DNA of 64,000 nucleotides from Camelus dromedarius (taxonomy: Eukaryota), in contig NC_087436.1 of assembly GCF_036321535.1 (NCBI RefSeq), forward strand, positions 57,352,001 through 57,416,000, written 5' to 3'. Under the pieces are notes generated by a model. It saw nothing but the letters and a program-made list of their open reading frames with translations, was not told where the DNA came from and made no database searches. A program made the position numbers and the translations under genes. Position 1 is the stretch's first letter; the number at the start of each line of letters is the position of its first letter. Shown here piece after piece: positions 1 through 10,079 of the stretch.

Positions 1-849
1 GAAGAACTGTCTCTAGAAGAGACAAGTAAGTGACTAGTGGCCCCAAAGAGCATCTGTTGGCTTGGAAAACCCCAAGACAGCCACCTCAGATCCTAACTCA
101 TACCTTCCTTAGTCATCCTGACAGTAACTGGGCTGAACCTGCCAGCCATCAGAACGCATTTCCTTCATCAGATCACTGAACCGCTTAACTTTTTAATCAG
201 AATTGTTAAAACTAAAAAAAACCAACCAAACAAACAAACAAACAAAAAACCCAAAACCAAAACCAAAACCCCAAACTTATATTAGAGAGCAGCTTGTTTT
301 CATGCCTATGGAGGAAACTTCTGGTTTCCCTGGGGGAACTCATGAGGCCTGGCCTTCCTGCAGATCAGGCAGCAAAAACCAGTTTTACTTGCCTTTTGGT
401 TTTGAAGCAGGACTTAAATAGGGAGAAGAATTCTGGGATATAGAGAGGCCTCAAATCTTTGTACCAAAATGCTTAGTTCTGCTTTTCTTTTCTTAAGGAG
501 CTGAAGGAAAGTGAGTCATACACGTGTCTGAGCCCTGGATTGTGGGAGACAGTGCCCGTGCTCTGTTGTCAATTAAAGTTGAAACTAATTTTAACAGCAT
601 CCACATATAGAGAGAATATGGGATATTTTAGAATAAGGGAGGGACTGGAGAACTGTATCTAGCCTGCAAATGTGAGTGGATCTTCCACCGCAAGCCCTGG
701 GCCGAGTAGTCGCGCAGAGCGTTTGCAAGGCCCCTGCGCGGGAGGATGCGCCTGCTTCCCTGTCCCGGTTCACTGCTTCAGGTGCCTCAGTCCCCAGCCC
801 AACTCTTCCCGGGCGACCCCTCAGCTCGCCTGCCGCCGCCGCCTCCAGC

Positions 850-1260
850 TTCCCCTCCCCTTGGCATTGCTTGGCTTTAACTTTGCGCGGCTTCTTTTCT
901 CGCCGGGCTGGTTGCCGGGAGGTGCAGTGGGCAGTGGCGGCTCCCGCTGCGAAGCCGGGGGAGGAGAGGGGCCGGGGCCGGGAGCGGGAGGCGGCGAGAG
1001 ACGCTCGCTTCTGTGAGTTCTGCCGGTGGGGGGCCGAGGAAGGCTGTCGACGAGGAGGAGGCCGGGGTGGAGGAGGCCGGGGAGGGGTGATGATGGTGTT
1101 AAATGTGGCCGCGCTGCTCCCCGGGGAGCTGCCTGAAAGGAGAGTGCGCTCACCAGCTGACAGCGCGTGCTCCGCTCCAGACGCTCCGCACCGCGGCCAG
1201 GAGCCTCTGCCAGCCCCTCTATTGTCAACCGCTCTCTAATTAAGAAACACTCACATTACG
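850..1260. promoter_or_regulatory. ATOH1: ATOH1 3' enhancer, element B (autoregulatory E-box)
   Basis: The minus strand reads GCACGCGCTGTCAGCTGGTGAGCGCACTC...GCTCCCCGGGGAGC...GGCCACATTTAACACC, the recognised enhancer B core. E-box CAGCTG at 1154-1159, adjacent CACGCG at 1164-1169, SOX-like CTATTGTC at 1219-1226. CpG-rich. Confidence 0.9.
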
Positions 1261-1899
1261 GCAAACCACCCCCACGCTTCTTGGTTCCTGTCCTTTTCTT
1301 TATCTTCCCCCAGACTTCTCTCCTCCCCTGCCTCTGCCTGGCGTCCCAGGATTTTAACCCATTCTCCTCTCCATTCGCCTTTTCTTGTTGGTGGCCCAGC
1401 AGAAGGGGAGAGACCTCAGTGGTCGGCGGCTGGAACTCTGCTCAGCCTAGGGGTTGAGGGTGGCTGGTGAGTGCGGGGTCCAAAACAGCGAGAAAAAGCG
1501 TTACCTTTTTATAACTATCCTCCTCACAAAACTAACTAACTGCAAGCGATTCAGCTGCTAGAGGTAGTCTTTAACTCTCACTAGTACTTGCTGGTTTTTC
1601 CAGATTGCAGATGATGAGTCTAGACTGCAATTGCCAAATGGGTCTGCTACTTTTACTTTCCAGCTCTAACTGGGCTTTGGAACTGCCCAGAAGTTGATCA
1701 CCTGTTTCTTGAACATTCAAATGAACAGAGAAGAGAAATAATTACAAGACACCCTTACATGAAAGACTACTTACTTGGTTAAGGTTTAAGTCTCTAAAAT
1801 CAATAGAAAGGCCTAGTGAAAGCTTTGGTCCTGTGTTGGTTAAGATTCTTTTTCTTTTTTTCTGGTCAAGCTGGGCCCCCAGTTAGCAAGGTCCCATGG

Positions 1900-2460
1900 A
1901 GAAGAGTTTAAACTTGCCTGTTGTCAAAAAGCCTCTTCCTTCAGCTTTCTGTGAAATCAAATAAGTTTCAAAAAGTGTGATGAGCCAAAACCCTCCACAA
2001 ATAAAAGTGGTAGTGGGGTGGAAGACAGAATATAAGACGGAATATAAAGCAAGCTGCTTAAAGTATATAAAACTCTCAAAAGCACCAGCAGTGTCGCAAA
2101 AGACTAACCCGATTTATCTATCTTCATTACTTTAAGAAATGCTGCCTCTTTGTTTGTTTGGGTGATATTAAGCATGCTTAACTTGCACACATAGTTGATT
2201 CCTTTGGTAGTATCTTGGATACTTGGATCTGACTTTGGAAGGTAGAAGCTAATTGCTAATAATGGAGAGAAAGGAACCAGTCAGCATGGCAGGAGTGGTC
2301 TGGCATATGGGGAATGAGCGCTCAGAAATACTCAATATTCAAGTTTCCAAAATATTAATGAGATTATAGCAACCTGCAGCTATATGTTACAGCTTGTTAA
2401 TGGAGTGTAAGAGAGCGAGCTGCCAAACGTTTGTTATGCAAACTCCATAGCAGAACCTTA
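1900..2460. promoter_or_regulatory. ATOH1: ATOH1 3' enhancer, element A
   Basis: Begins ~3.3 kb downstream of the stop. The minus strand reads TTTGCATAACAAACGTTTGGCAGCTC...CATTAACAAGCTGTAACATATAGCTGCAGGTTGCTATAATCTCATTAATATTTTGG, which matches my recollection of the conserved Math1 enhancer A. SOX-type CTTTGT at 2148-2153. Boundaries approximate. Confidence 0.85.
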
Positions 2461-4774
2461 ACATGGAAATGTGATTGTACATCTCTTTCAAAGAAATGCC
2501 AGTGTTAAAAGAAATCAAATGAAGGAAAGAAAAAAGAGGTTAAGTCCTCATTTGAACTTTGAGTATTTAATTTACCGCAAAGTAATCTGTCTTTTTGTGC
2601 GTATCTTGATGGGTCAGAAGAATTCATCCTCACTTTTCAATCAGTGTGATATAGAATTTTCAATCTGATATTCTGTATGGCTGTTTTTCTCTTGAGAAGA
2701 AATGTAAAGTGACTTCGTTAAATGAAGCTGGCATTTTCTTCAACTCATATGTAATGCCACTAAAGTTCACAAGTATAAATATCTGACTATCATTGTGGTA
2801 CGGGGGCGGCGGGGGACCTGAAATTTACATAGATGTAGCTCCTATTCAATTGATTTTCTTAGAGAAAAAAAATGTGGGTACATTGACCTAGTGGATGTGA
2901 GTGAGTATGTTCTGGATATTGACATTTTCTGGCTGTGTAATTTGGGGGCAAGTCAGGGGCAGTAGTTTCCTCATTTATAAAAGATAGGAAGGAAGATGCT
3001 TCTGATGCCATTTCTGTTTTGAAAGTTCTAAGAGTCCAAGAAAAGAAATGTAATAACTTTGTAAGAGTCTTTTAACTCTGGCTAACAAAATGAGTATAAA
3101 TAGTTTTGAGGAATGAAATATAGATTGTTTTCTTTGAGAAAAAAAAATCACAACTTTATTTTTCTTAGTCCTGTCCTTCCCTCACTCAGATTCATAACAG
3201 GTAAAAGAATTCTATGTCCTCTCTTCTCTCTCCAGCCACACATGCACGCAAGCAAACCAAGCCGAATAACTGTAAAAATACGTGTGCGCTCATCCTGCAA
3301 GGTAGCTCTATGTCCATGCCTGTTGAGTCTGCTTATTGTAAGCGAAATGGAAATGTGTTAGAAGCAATCGCTTGATTTATTCAGCAGCCCCGAAGATTCC
3401 TGATGTTTATCGTGAGCCTGGCAGACTCATTGGGTGCAAAAGGTTATCTAAGGGACAGGTGCATTGTTTCTGCCCCTGGAAAGCGTCGTGAGCCGCTGCT
3501 CACAACTCGCCGAGAGCCGGCGGAGGCTCGGACTTCCCTTGGTGGTCGGCTTCAGGTGAAAACCACGGAGCCCTAGGTGGTCAGTTAATAACTTGTTCCT
3601 CGGTTCCCCCCTCAAGACCAGAACTGCGCTCCCTCGAGCATTAGTCTCTCTGCAAACACAGTTTGCGGTGCACTCCGTTTTTCAAGGTGCTGGGGAGAGA
3701 AGAGGCTGCAGGAGCAATTAAACTAACCTTCTCTCACTTCCCTCCCTCCACCCCAACCCCGACCCGACCGCTCCCGTGTTCTTGCAATTTGTTATCCCAA
3801 CGAAGATACAAAATATAAAGGATTTGGCTTAAAATCAACTTCTCAAATTCAGTAATGTTTATCCAGTGGAAACTCACCCAATCTTTAGCTTAATAAATAA
3901 TTTTACTCTCACGTTTACCAAAAACACTATAAAAAGTCCACTTTCTGATCTCTCCTTACATGCACTATATTAGCTTTTTCAAAATCTATGATCTTAAGAT
4001 CCAGAATATACTTTTCCTGTGGCCCCTGAGATGAGAGTGAGCACACTTAAATTTCTGTAACTGACTCAAAAATGTGAGGTACGTTTTCTACATAGGCATT
4101 AATTCAGAAGGACAATTCAAAAGCAAACATTATTTTTATTGGAAGAAAGCAGAATTGTTAGGAAAGAAAAAATTGAGTGTAGCCCAACAATTTCCTAGGA
4201 CAACTGCAGGGTTCTATTTTCGAATCGATGAACCCCCATAGCACTTTCCCCTCAAGTTCTTTTCCATTGTTCTCTTCCTCCTCGTGCCTCCCCCTCCTCC
4301 CCCTACAAACAGGAGAGAAAGAGAGGGAGGGAGGGAGGACAGGAGAGAAAGTTGGTAGTGTGTATTTGAACTATGAGAAAACCTTTTGTTTTGGCTGAAG
4401 TTTTTATAAAGTGGAATAACTAATTCTGGCAACGTTCACTATAACCCACTAGATTCCAGGTGACCTGAAACCTCTTGCAGAGTTTGTTGGGGCTGGGAAT
4501 AAAGACGAATGGAAAGATCCTGGAAAGATTCAAGAGGCAAAAAAAATCGTGCTGCAAACTTGGGATAAGTTTTATCTCACAATTTAATTACTGACCAGTG
4601 CTTTTCTATGTAGGATTTCTGGTACTACTTGAAGGCATAAAGTTTATAATAGAATTATCCTTCAAAACTCTTAGGTACCATAAATTTGCATTTACTAGAA
4701 GACAGTTCAAATCTCCAAGGTCATTTAAAACTGTTTTTAATGCTTATATTAGAATGGAATAAGTAAGTGACAAA

Positions 4775-5777
4775 TAAAAGTTGTTCTCACGTTTATTTTT
4801 ACCATTTGCAAAAGGAATACATAAAACAATGGCAGTTGGCTTTGCTAAATTAAAATAAAATGATTTTGAGTAGAAAACGTAAAAAAAAAAAACGAATCAA
4901 GATAAGTAGAAATGGTCGCAAACACTCAATAATAAATAAGTTTTCTAACATTAACAAAGCAAAATAAAATTGACCAAATGTTTTTGACACTACTAGATGT
5001 GGTTTTTTATTTTAATTTTTAAACAAACATTTGCAAAGAGCTTAAGAATAATAAGTGGCCGTGTTTAAAAAACAAGAACAGAAACAAAACTGGTCTGCAG
5101 TTGGCAGTTGAGTTTGTCCCGGAGCTCAGCATTAGCGGCTGATAAAGTGCGTGCGCCAAGTTTCCTAAAAGACGCCAATGCTCTCGCGGTCCGCTATACA
5201 TCCTGGGTATGTTTATACAATGTATAAACCTCAAAGTTCCTTGTTTTCTAACAATTCCATAGTCAAAAGTTATTCACTTTGGAAGAATTAACTTTGCGTT
5301 TCATAATGCATATTGGGAGACAACTTAGGAATACTAACTCTCCCACACGTTAGTGCGCGCAACACACAGGGATGGATGCCCAGGGCATAAAATAAATTAA
5401 ACACAAACCAGCGACAGAGAAGAAGATGCGACGTTTTAGCAGCGTATTGGCAGCAGGGAACTAGAATAATGATGCTATGTAGGAGTACATATAATTATAC
5501 CTCATCTATCTACAGGGGCAGCAGAAGGTGGGAGAAAAGAACTCAGCTTCAACAGCAAGCTTTCATCAAACAACATGGACGATAGGAAGTTTGGAATAGC
5601 TGCTGCTTTTGCAAACCATCAAATGTAGCTGCCATTTGAAGCCAAGTCGTTGCTAAACAACGACCATCGCTTAGCAAAAATTAAAAGGGTGCGGAGATCT
5701 TTAACCACGGGGCTTTCCGCACATTGGGAAAGGGCAATTTTGTTTCTGTCTCAGTTTTGCAGGTTTCTGTCACCTTC
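4775..5777 (-). other. ATOH1: ATOH1 3' UTR (~1 kb)
   Basis: AU-rich non-repetitive sequence following the stop codon. AATAAA on the minus strand at 5006-5011 and 4792-4797. The 3' end is inferred from the distal signal. Confidence 0.7.
4792..4797 (-). terminator. ATOH1: Likely ATOH1 polyadenylation signal AATAAA
   Basis: TTTATT on the + strand, followed on the minus strand by a CA and a U/GU-rich tract (TTTTATTTGTC). Confidence 0.65.
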
Positions 5778-6836
5778 CTAACTTGCCTCATCCGAGTCAC
5801 TGTAATGGGAATGAGGAGAAAACTCCCCGTCGCTTCTGTGGGACCGGGGCGAAGTTTTGCTACTTTCCTCCTGCACTGGCTGCAGGATGCCCCCAGGCAG
5901 CGAAGGCGACAGGTTCTTTTGCGCCATCATCGCCGTCAGGGCGCTGTCCTCGAAAGTCGAGAAGTGCAGAGCTTCTAGCTGCACCGAGTATCCTCCTGCG
6001 GAGGCCGGGGCCGAAAAGCGAGTCCGGCAGCTTCCGGGTGGGGTTGGCCGCTGGCCCCCTCCGGAGGCCGGCGACGTCCCAGCTGCAGTCGCGGTGCCCG
6101 CACCTGCTTCGTAGGGGGCTGCTGCGCGAAGGTGGTGGTGGTCACTCTTGCAAGATGCTGGCGGCGGCGGCGGTTGGTCCCCTCCGCTGGGGGTTTGAAG
6201 CAGCTCGGACAACGCGTTGATGTAGATCTGGGCCATCTGCAGGGTCTCGTACTTGGACAGCTTCTTGTCGTTGTTGAAGGACGGGATAACGTTGCGCAGC
6301 TGGTCGAAGGCGTGGTTCAGCCCGTGCATCCTGCGTCGCTCCCTGGCGTTGGCCGCTAGCCGCCTTTGCTTCTGCACCCCGTTCACCTGTTTGCTGGAAG
6401 GGGCGCGCTGGCGGCTGCAGCTCAGCTCGTCTACCACTACCCCGCCTTTCAGCTTGCACAGCTGTTCCCGCACTTTCACCGGCCCGGGGCTCTTGCTGCT
6501 GCAGCCGCCGCCGCTCCTTCTCACCAGTTCCCCTCGGCCGTCCGCCTCGTCCCGGGGCGCCGGGGCCTCGGAGGCACCCAGCTCTGGGGAGTGCAGCAAG
6601 TACTGGGCGGCGCGTGCCGTGCAGATGCCCTGCAAAGTGGGAGCCAGCCAGGCGCGTGGGTCGGTGCTGTCCAGGAGGGACAGCTCGGCTGGGTAGACGG
6701 GATGCTCCCTAGTCTGCAGGGTCGCAGGTGTCTGTGGTGGCGGCGGCTGCGGGAGGTGGTGCGGCTGGGGATGGCGATGGTGGTCCCCCAACTCCTTCAC
6801 TTCAGCCCACTCTTCTGCATGTAGCAGGCGGGACAT
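5778..6836 (-). CDS. ATOH1: Atonal bHLH transcription factor 1 (MATH1/HATH1), single coding exon, 352 aa
   Basis: ATG at 6836-6834 gives [22 protein letters not shown]. The atonal-class bHLH is [58 protein letters not shown], and the Ser-rich C-terminus is [24 protein letters not shown]. Stop TAG at 5780-5778. The 20 extra N-terminal residues in the ORF track start from a TTG and lie in the 5' UTR. Confidence 0.99.
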   Translation of the reverse strand: MSRLLHAEEWAEVKELGDHHRHPQPHHLPQPPPPQTPATLQTREHPVYPAELSLLDSTDPRAWLAPTLQGICTARAAQYLLHSPELGASEAPAPRDEADGRGELVRRSGGGCSSKSPGPVKVREQLCKLKGGVVVDELSCSRQRAPSSKQVNGVQKQRRLAANARERRRMHGLNHAFDQLRNVIPSFNNDKKLSKYETLQMAQIYINALSELLQTPSGGDQPPPPPASCKSDHHHLRAAAPYEAGAGTATAAGTSPASGGGQRPTPPGSCRTRFSAPASAGGYSVQLEALHFSTFEDSALTAMMAQKNLSPSLPGGILQPVQEESSKTSPRSHRSDGEFSPHSHYSDSDEAS

Positions 6837-6979
6837 TGCACTGCAGAAGCTCGGAGGCGCAGGGTCAAAGTAGGAACTGGCGAACCCGCTCAACAAAAAA
6901 CCCTTCTCGGGTCTTTACTGCAATGTCTTATTTTTTTTTCCCCTCTTCGACCCTCCCCCACCACTCGCAGATCACACAC

Positions 6980-7160
6980 CAGGTCGCGTGCAACGAAGCT
7001 TCTCCGGTTGCTCAAGGCGCTGCGCCCCTTTAAAAAGCGGCACGCGCCAGTGTGTCTCCCCCCGCTCTTCTCCCAGCCCCCTCCTCGCGCCGGTCGCGTG
7101 TCTGCTCAGCCAATGGCGGGGGCCGGCAGGCGCGTGTGAGCAGCCAATCAAAGAGTTTTT
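6980..7160 (-). promoter_or_regulatory. ATOH1: ATOH1 proximal promoter
   Basis: CpG-dense. TATA-like TTTAAA at 7029-7034 puts the TSS near 7000. CCAAT boxes at 7110-7114 and 7144-7148. Class-C (HES/HEY) CACGCG sites at 6985-6990, 7041-7046, 7095-7100 and 7131-7136. Confidence 0.85.
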
Positions 7161-8653
7161 ACACCCGGAGGAAAAAAGTTCCTGCTCTCGGAGGGCTCAA
7201 GGGCCTGCTCTAGGGTTTTTTTTTTTTCTTCTCTTCTAAGTTTGTAAATTCATATGTTAATTGTGGGTTGTAATTTGACTCCGGTGTGTGTCACCCCGCC
7301 AGCGGCTGGGGTGCGTGACGGGATGCAGAGCAGCTACTCGGCTGGCGCCCCGTCGGAATAGGGTCAGACGTGTGCGACTGCGGGCGGGTGAGCGGCTCTA
7401 GGCGAGGCTGGACCCGCCTGGAGCGGGGAGGGCAGGCGCTGGGAGGAGAGAAGCCCGCCTGTCCTTTGCTGCGTCCAAACTAGGATCAAAGCTCCCACCG
7501 TTTGCGCTCACACATTTAAAATCTCTCATGTATATGGCATATGTATATGTATGCATGTGATACATGTATGTGTATATAAATCTTTCATAATATGTGTGTT
7601 CTTAGATATATAATTGCTAAAGGACGCCCACCATTTAAAATCAATGTTAGAATTAAAAAAAAAAAACCTGTCAGAATACGTTTCTCATTTTTCATCTCTC
7701 GCTCCAGGTTGACTTAATGTAGTCTCTTAATGGAAAGTAAAACTGGTACAGTTATGTACCAAATTACAGACCCCCACCCCCTACCTGGAAAATTCTCTTC
7801 GTCCCCTTTTCCCAGCACCAACTAGGATTGTAATCTGCAGAAAACTCTCCGCCAAGTAGTTTTAGGGCAGGGATATTTTATAGTTTCAACACCCCAGTAG
7901 GATTCCTTACTAAATGCGGAGCAAGCGGAGAGTGCCCAAAGGTAAATGAAAGGCGCCTGCTTTGGGGCAATTCTGAATCCTCAGGGTACAGGAATTACCT
8001 ACCCTTCAGCCTCAGGAGCCCCAGGTTTAATACCGCGTGTGGATTTCCCGGCAAACCCCCAGAAACTACAGCCTAACTCCCTCCACCCCTGCTGGATTAG
8101 GATGTGCTCTCCTCCACCATTTTCCTCCCTCCAATCCCTCTCCCCGCCGCGGCCGGGCGGGAGCGCTAAAACCCGGGAGGTCTGGGCGAAGCTGAGGCAA
8201 CATCTCCCAGGTGAGCACCACCCTGCCGCCGCGTTGACCCGCCTTCTGTATTCTCAGCAAATAAGCCAATCAGAAACGCCCTGCCCCGGGCACGCCCCTG
8301 CTTGCGCCCAACACGCCCCACCTCGGGGCGCCCTCCTGCACCGTACCTGGGGCGCGGGAGTGGGACTCAAACAGCGGGTGCAATTGCGGCTTTCTACCTT
8401 AAGAGATGCCTGTCGTCCCCAAAGGAGTTTCGTCCTCTGGAAGAGAGTGAAAAGAAACGCCAGCAGAGAGAGCTCCGTAGAACCTGGTTTTGCAGTGCCC
8501 AGAAACGACTGAAAGTTGTTCTCACTAGTATTAGCAGGGGCTTGATCCAACCTGCCATTTAGAACTCCTTGGACAGACGAATCTCTGGGGCTGGACTGGA
8601 TTTAGTTACACACACAAACACACACAGACACATCTATAGCTTATTGGAGATAG

Positions 8654-8654
<1 letters not shown>

Positions 8655-8710
<56 letters not shown>
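8655..8710 (+). repeat. (TG)28 microsatellite
   Basis: Perfect dinucleotide run read directly from the sequence. Confidence 0.97.
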
Positions 8711-8713
<3 letters not shown>

Positions 8714-8859
8714 TTTGTGGTAAAATAACTTTTATTTTGCCCTGAGAATAAACAGGAAGCTCTTTTTCTTCACCTTCCCTTTTCGTTCCTTCTCTTTCAT
8801 TAGGTGGGCAGAGGAAGCTAGGCATCTGCCCTGAGGGAGGGATCAGAGCTGAGTAGTGT

Positions 8860-9660
8860 GAGTAGGCTCTGCAGAGGCTTCCTGTCACGGGATTGTGAAA
8901 CTCTAAGTAATATTGGTGTCTGTAGGGGCTGGACGACGGCCGCAGTACAGGGTATGGAAGTTTAAGCAGAAAGAGGGGGTTTTCTGTGCCTGGACAGCCG
9001 GGATCTGTTACATACAGAGGATTGATGAATACATTGTAAGTTTGATAAATGCTTGGAAAATATGCATTGATTATGAGTAAAAGAAGAAGGACTCTACTAC
9101 CATGGGGAAGTATGACAGACACCAGCTTGATGAAGTGATCAAAGTTTACATCACCAGCAATGGGACAAGTCAAATTTATGTGCTGTGTGTTAGGATGCAG
9201 AGAACACAGCATTGATGGTATGATATTCCTGCCAAAGATGCATATCTGAATCCAATCAAGAGAAAACATCGAACCAACTCAAACTGAAGGACTTTCTAGA
9301 AAACAGCCATCCTGTAATCTTTAGAAGTGTCAAGATGAAAGGCAAAGGCTCAGGAACTATTCCAGGCTAGAGGAATATAAAGAGACCTGATAATAAATCT
9401 GATGCCTGAATCTAAACTGTGTCCTTTTCTAGTAAAGAGCATCATTGGAACAATTGAGAAAACTTGAATGGTGTCTGGGAAATAGATGGGAGCAGTGTTA
9501 GTTTCCTGATTCTGCTGGTTTTACTGTGGTAATATAAGAGAAGAGAATGTTCTCCTTTTTAGGGACTACTCAGCTTACTCTCAGATAGCTTGGTAAAAAG
9601 TTCCTCACACTGTGCTTGCAACTTTTCTGTAAGTTTACGATGGTCTCAAATAAAAATGAA
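8860..9660 (+). mobile_element. Ancient L1 (L1MC-like) 3' end fragment
   Basis: Contains AAGTGATCAAAGTTTACATCACCAGCAATGGGACAAGTC and GATATTCCTGCCAAAGATGCATATCTGAATCCAATCA, and ends TTGCAACTTTTCTGTAAGTTT...AAATAAAAA. These are typical of L1MC 3' UTRs. Subfamily uncertain. Confidence 0.7.
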
Positions 9661-10079
9661 GGAAAACAAAACCAAGCAGGCATATTTAGTTTATTCTTTA
9701 CATGTCTAGTTACCTATTCACATCTATCCAAGTATTATACAAGCACTAAGGCCTGTAGTTATTGCTCAAGCCTCAAGTTAAATTTTGTTCTGCCTGGCCA
9801 CAGAGTATGTATCTAATGGGTTTATGAATTCTCAGGTTTTAATGATTATTCAATTCACAAGAACTCAAAAAATATTTCTCAAGAGGTGCCAAAAATTGAA
9901 TGTTAACTTGAAATGCATTCTTCTGTAGGTTATTTAAAATAAAAACTTCCAAGTCAAAATGAATTATTTTAAGCAGTGTTCTGATCAGTTTACAAACATG
10001 AAAAACAACCAACCTACCAACCAACCAAACAAACAAAAAAAAACAAAAAACCCCCAAAAGTATTGTCAACTATTGTTTG

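Larger units (their letters stand above)
5700..7500. other. CpG island covering the ATOH1 promoter and CDS
   Basis: Visibly high GC content and undepleted CpG compared with the AT-rich flanks. Boundaries judged by eye. Confidence 0.85.

Noticed and set aside
591..1457. Overlapping 60-187 aa ORFs in the 3' CpG island
   Set aside because: Low-complexity G/P/R/A translations of GC-rich enhancer DNA, where stop codons are naturally scarce.
6837..6896. 20-aa N-terminal extension of ATOH1 in the ORF track (372 aa)
   Set aside because: It starts at TTG, not ATG. The recognised protein begins MSRLLH at 6836 and there is no upstream ATG in the 5' UTR.
5724..7239. Multiple 75-152 aa ORFs antisense or out of frame over ATOH1
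   Set aside because: Shadow ORFs expected from GC-rich codon usage, with no recognisable domains.
7946..8562. 188-aa + strand ORF upstream of ATOH1
   Set aside because: It has an ATG, but lies in a CpG-rich block and shows no protein-like features I recognise. PhyloCSF or Ribo-seq support would be needed.
8634..9269. 211-aa minus-strand ORF with a (TH)n tract
   Set aside because: Antisense to an L1 3' fragment and running through the (TG)28 microsatellite.
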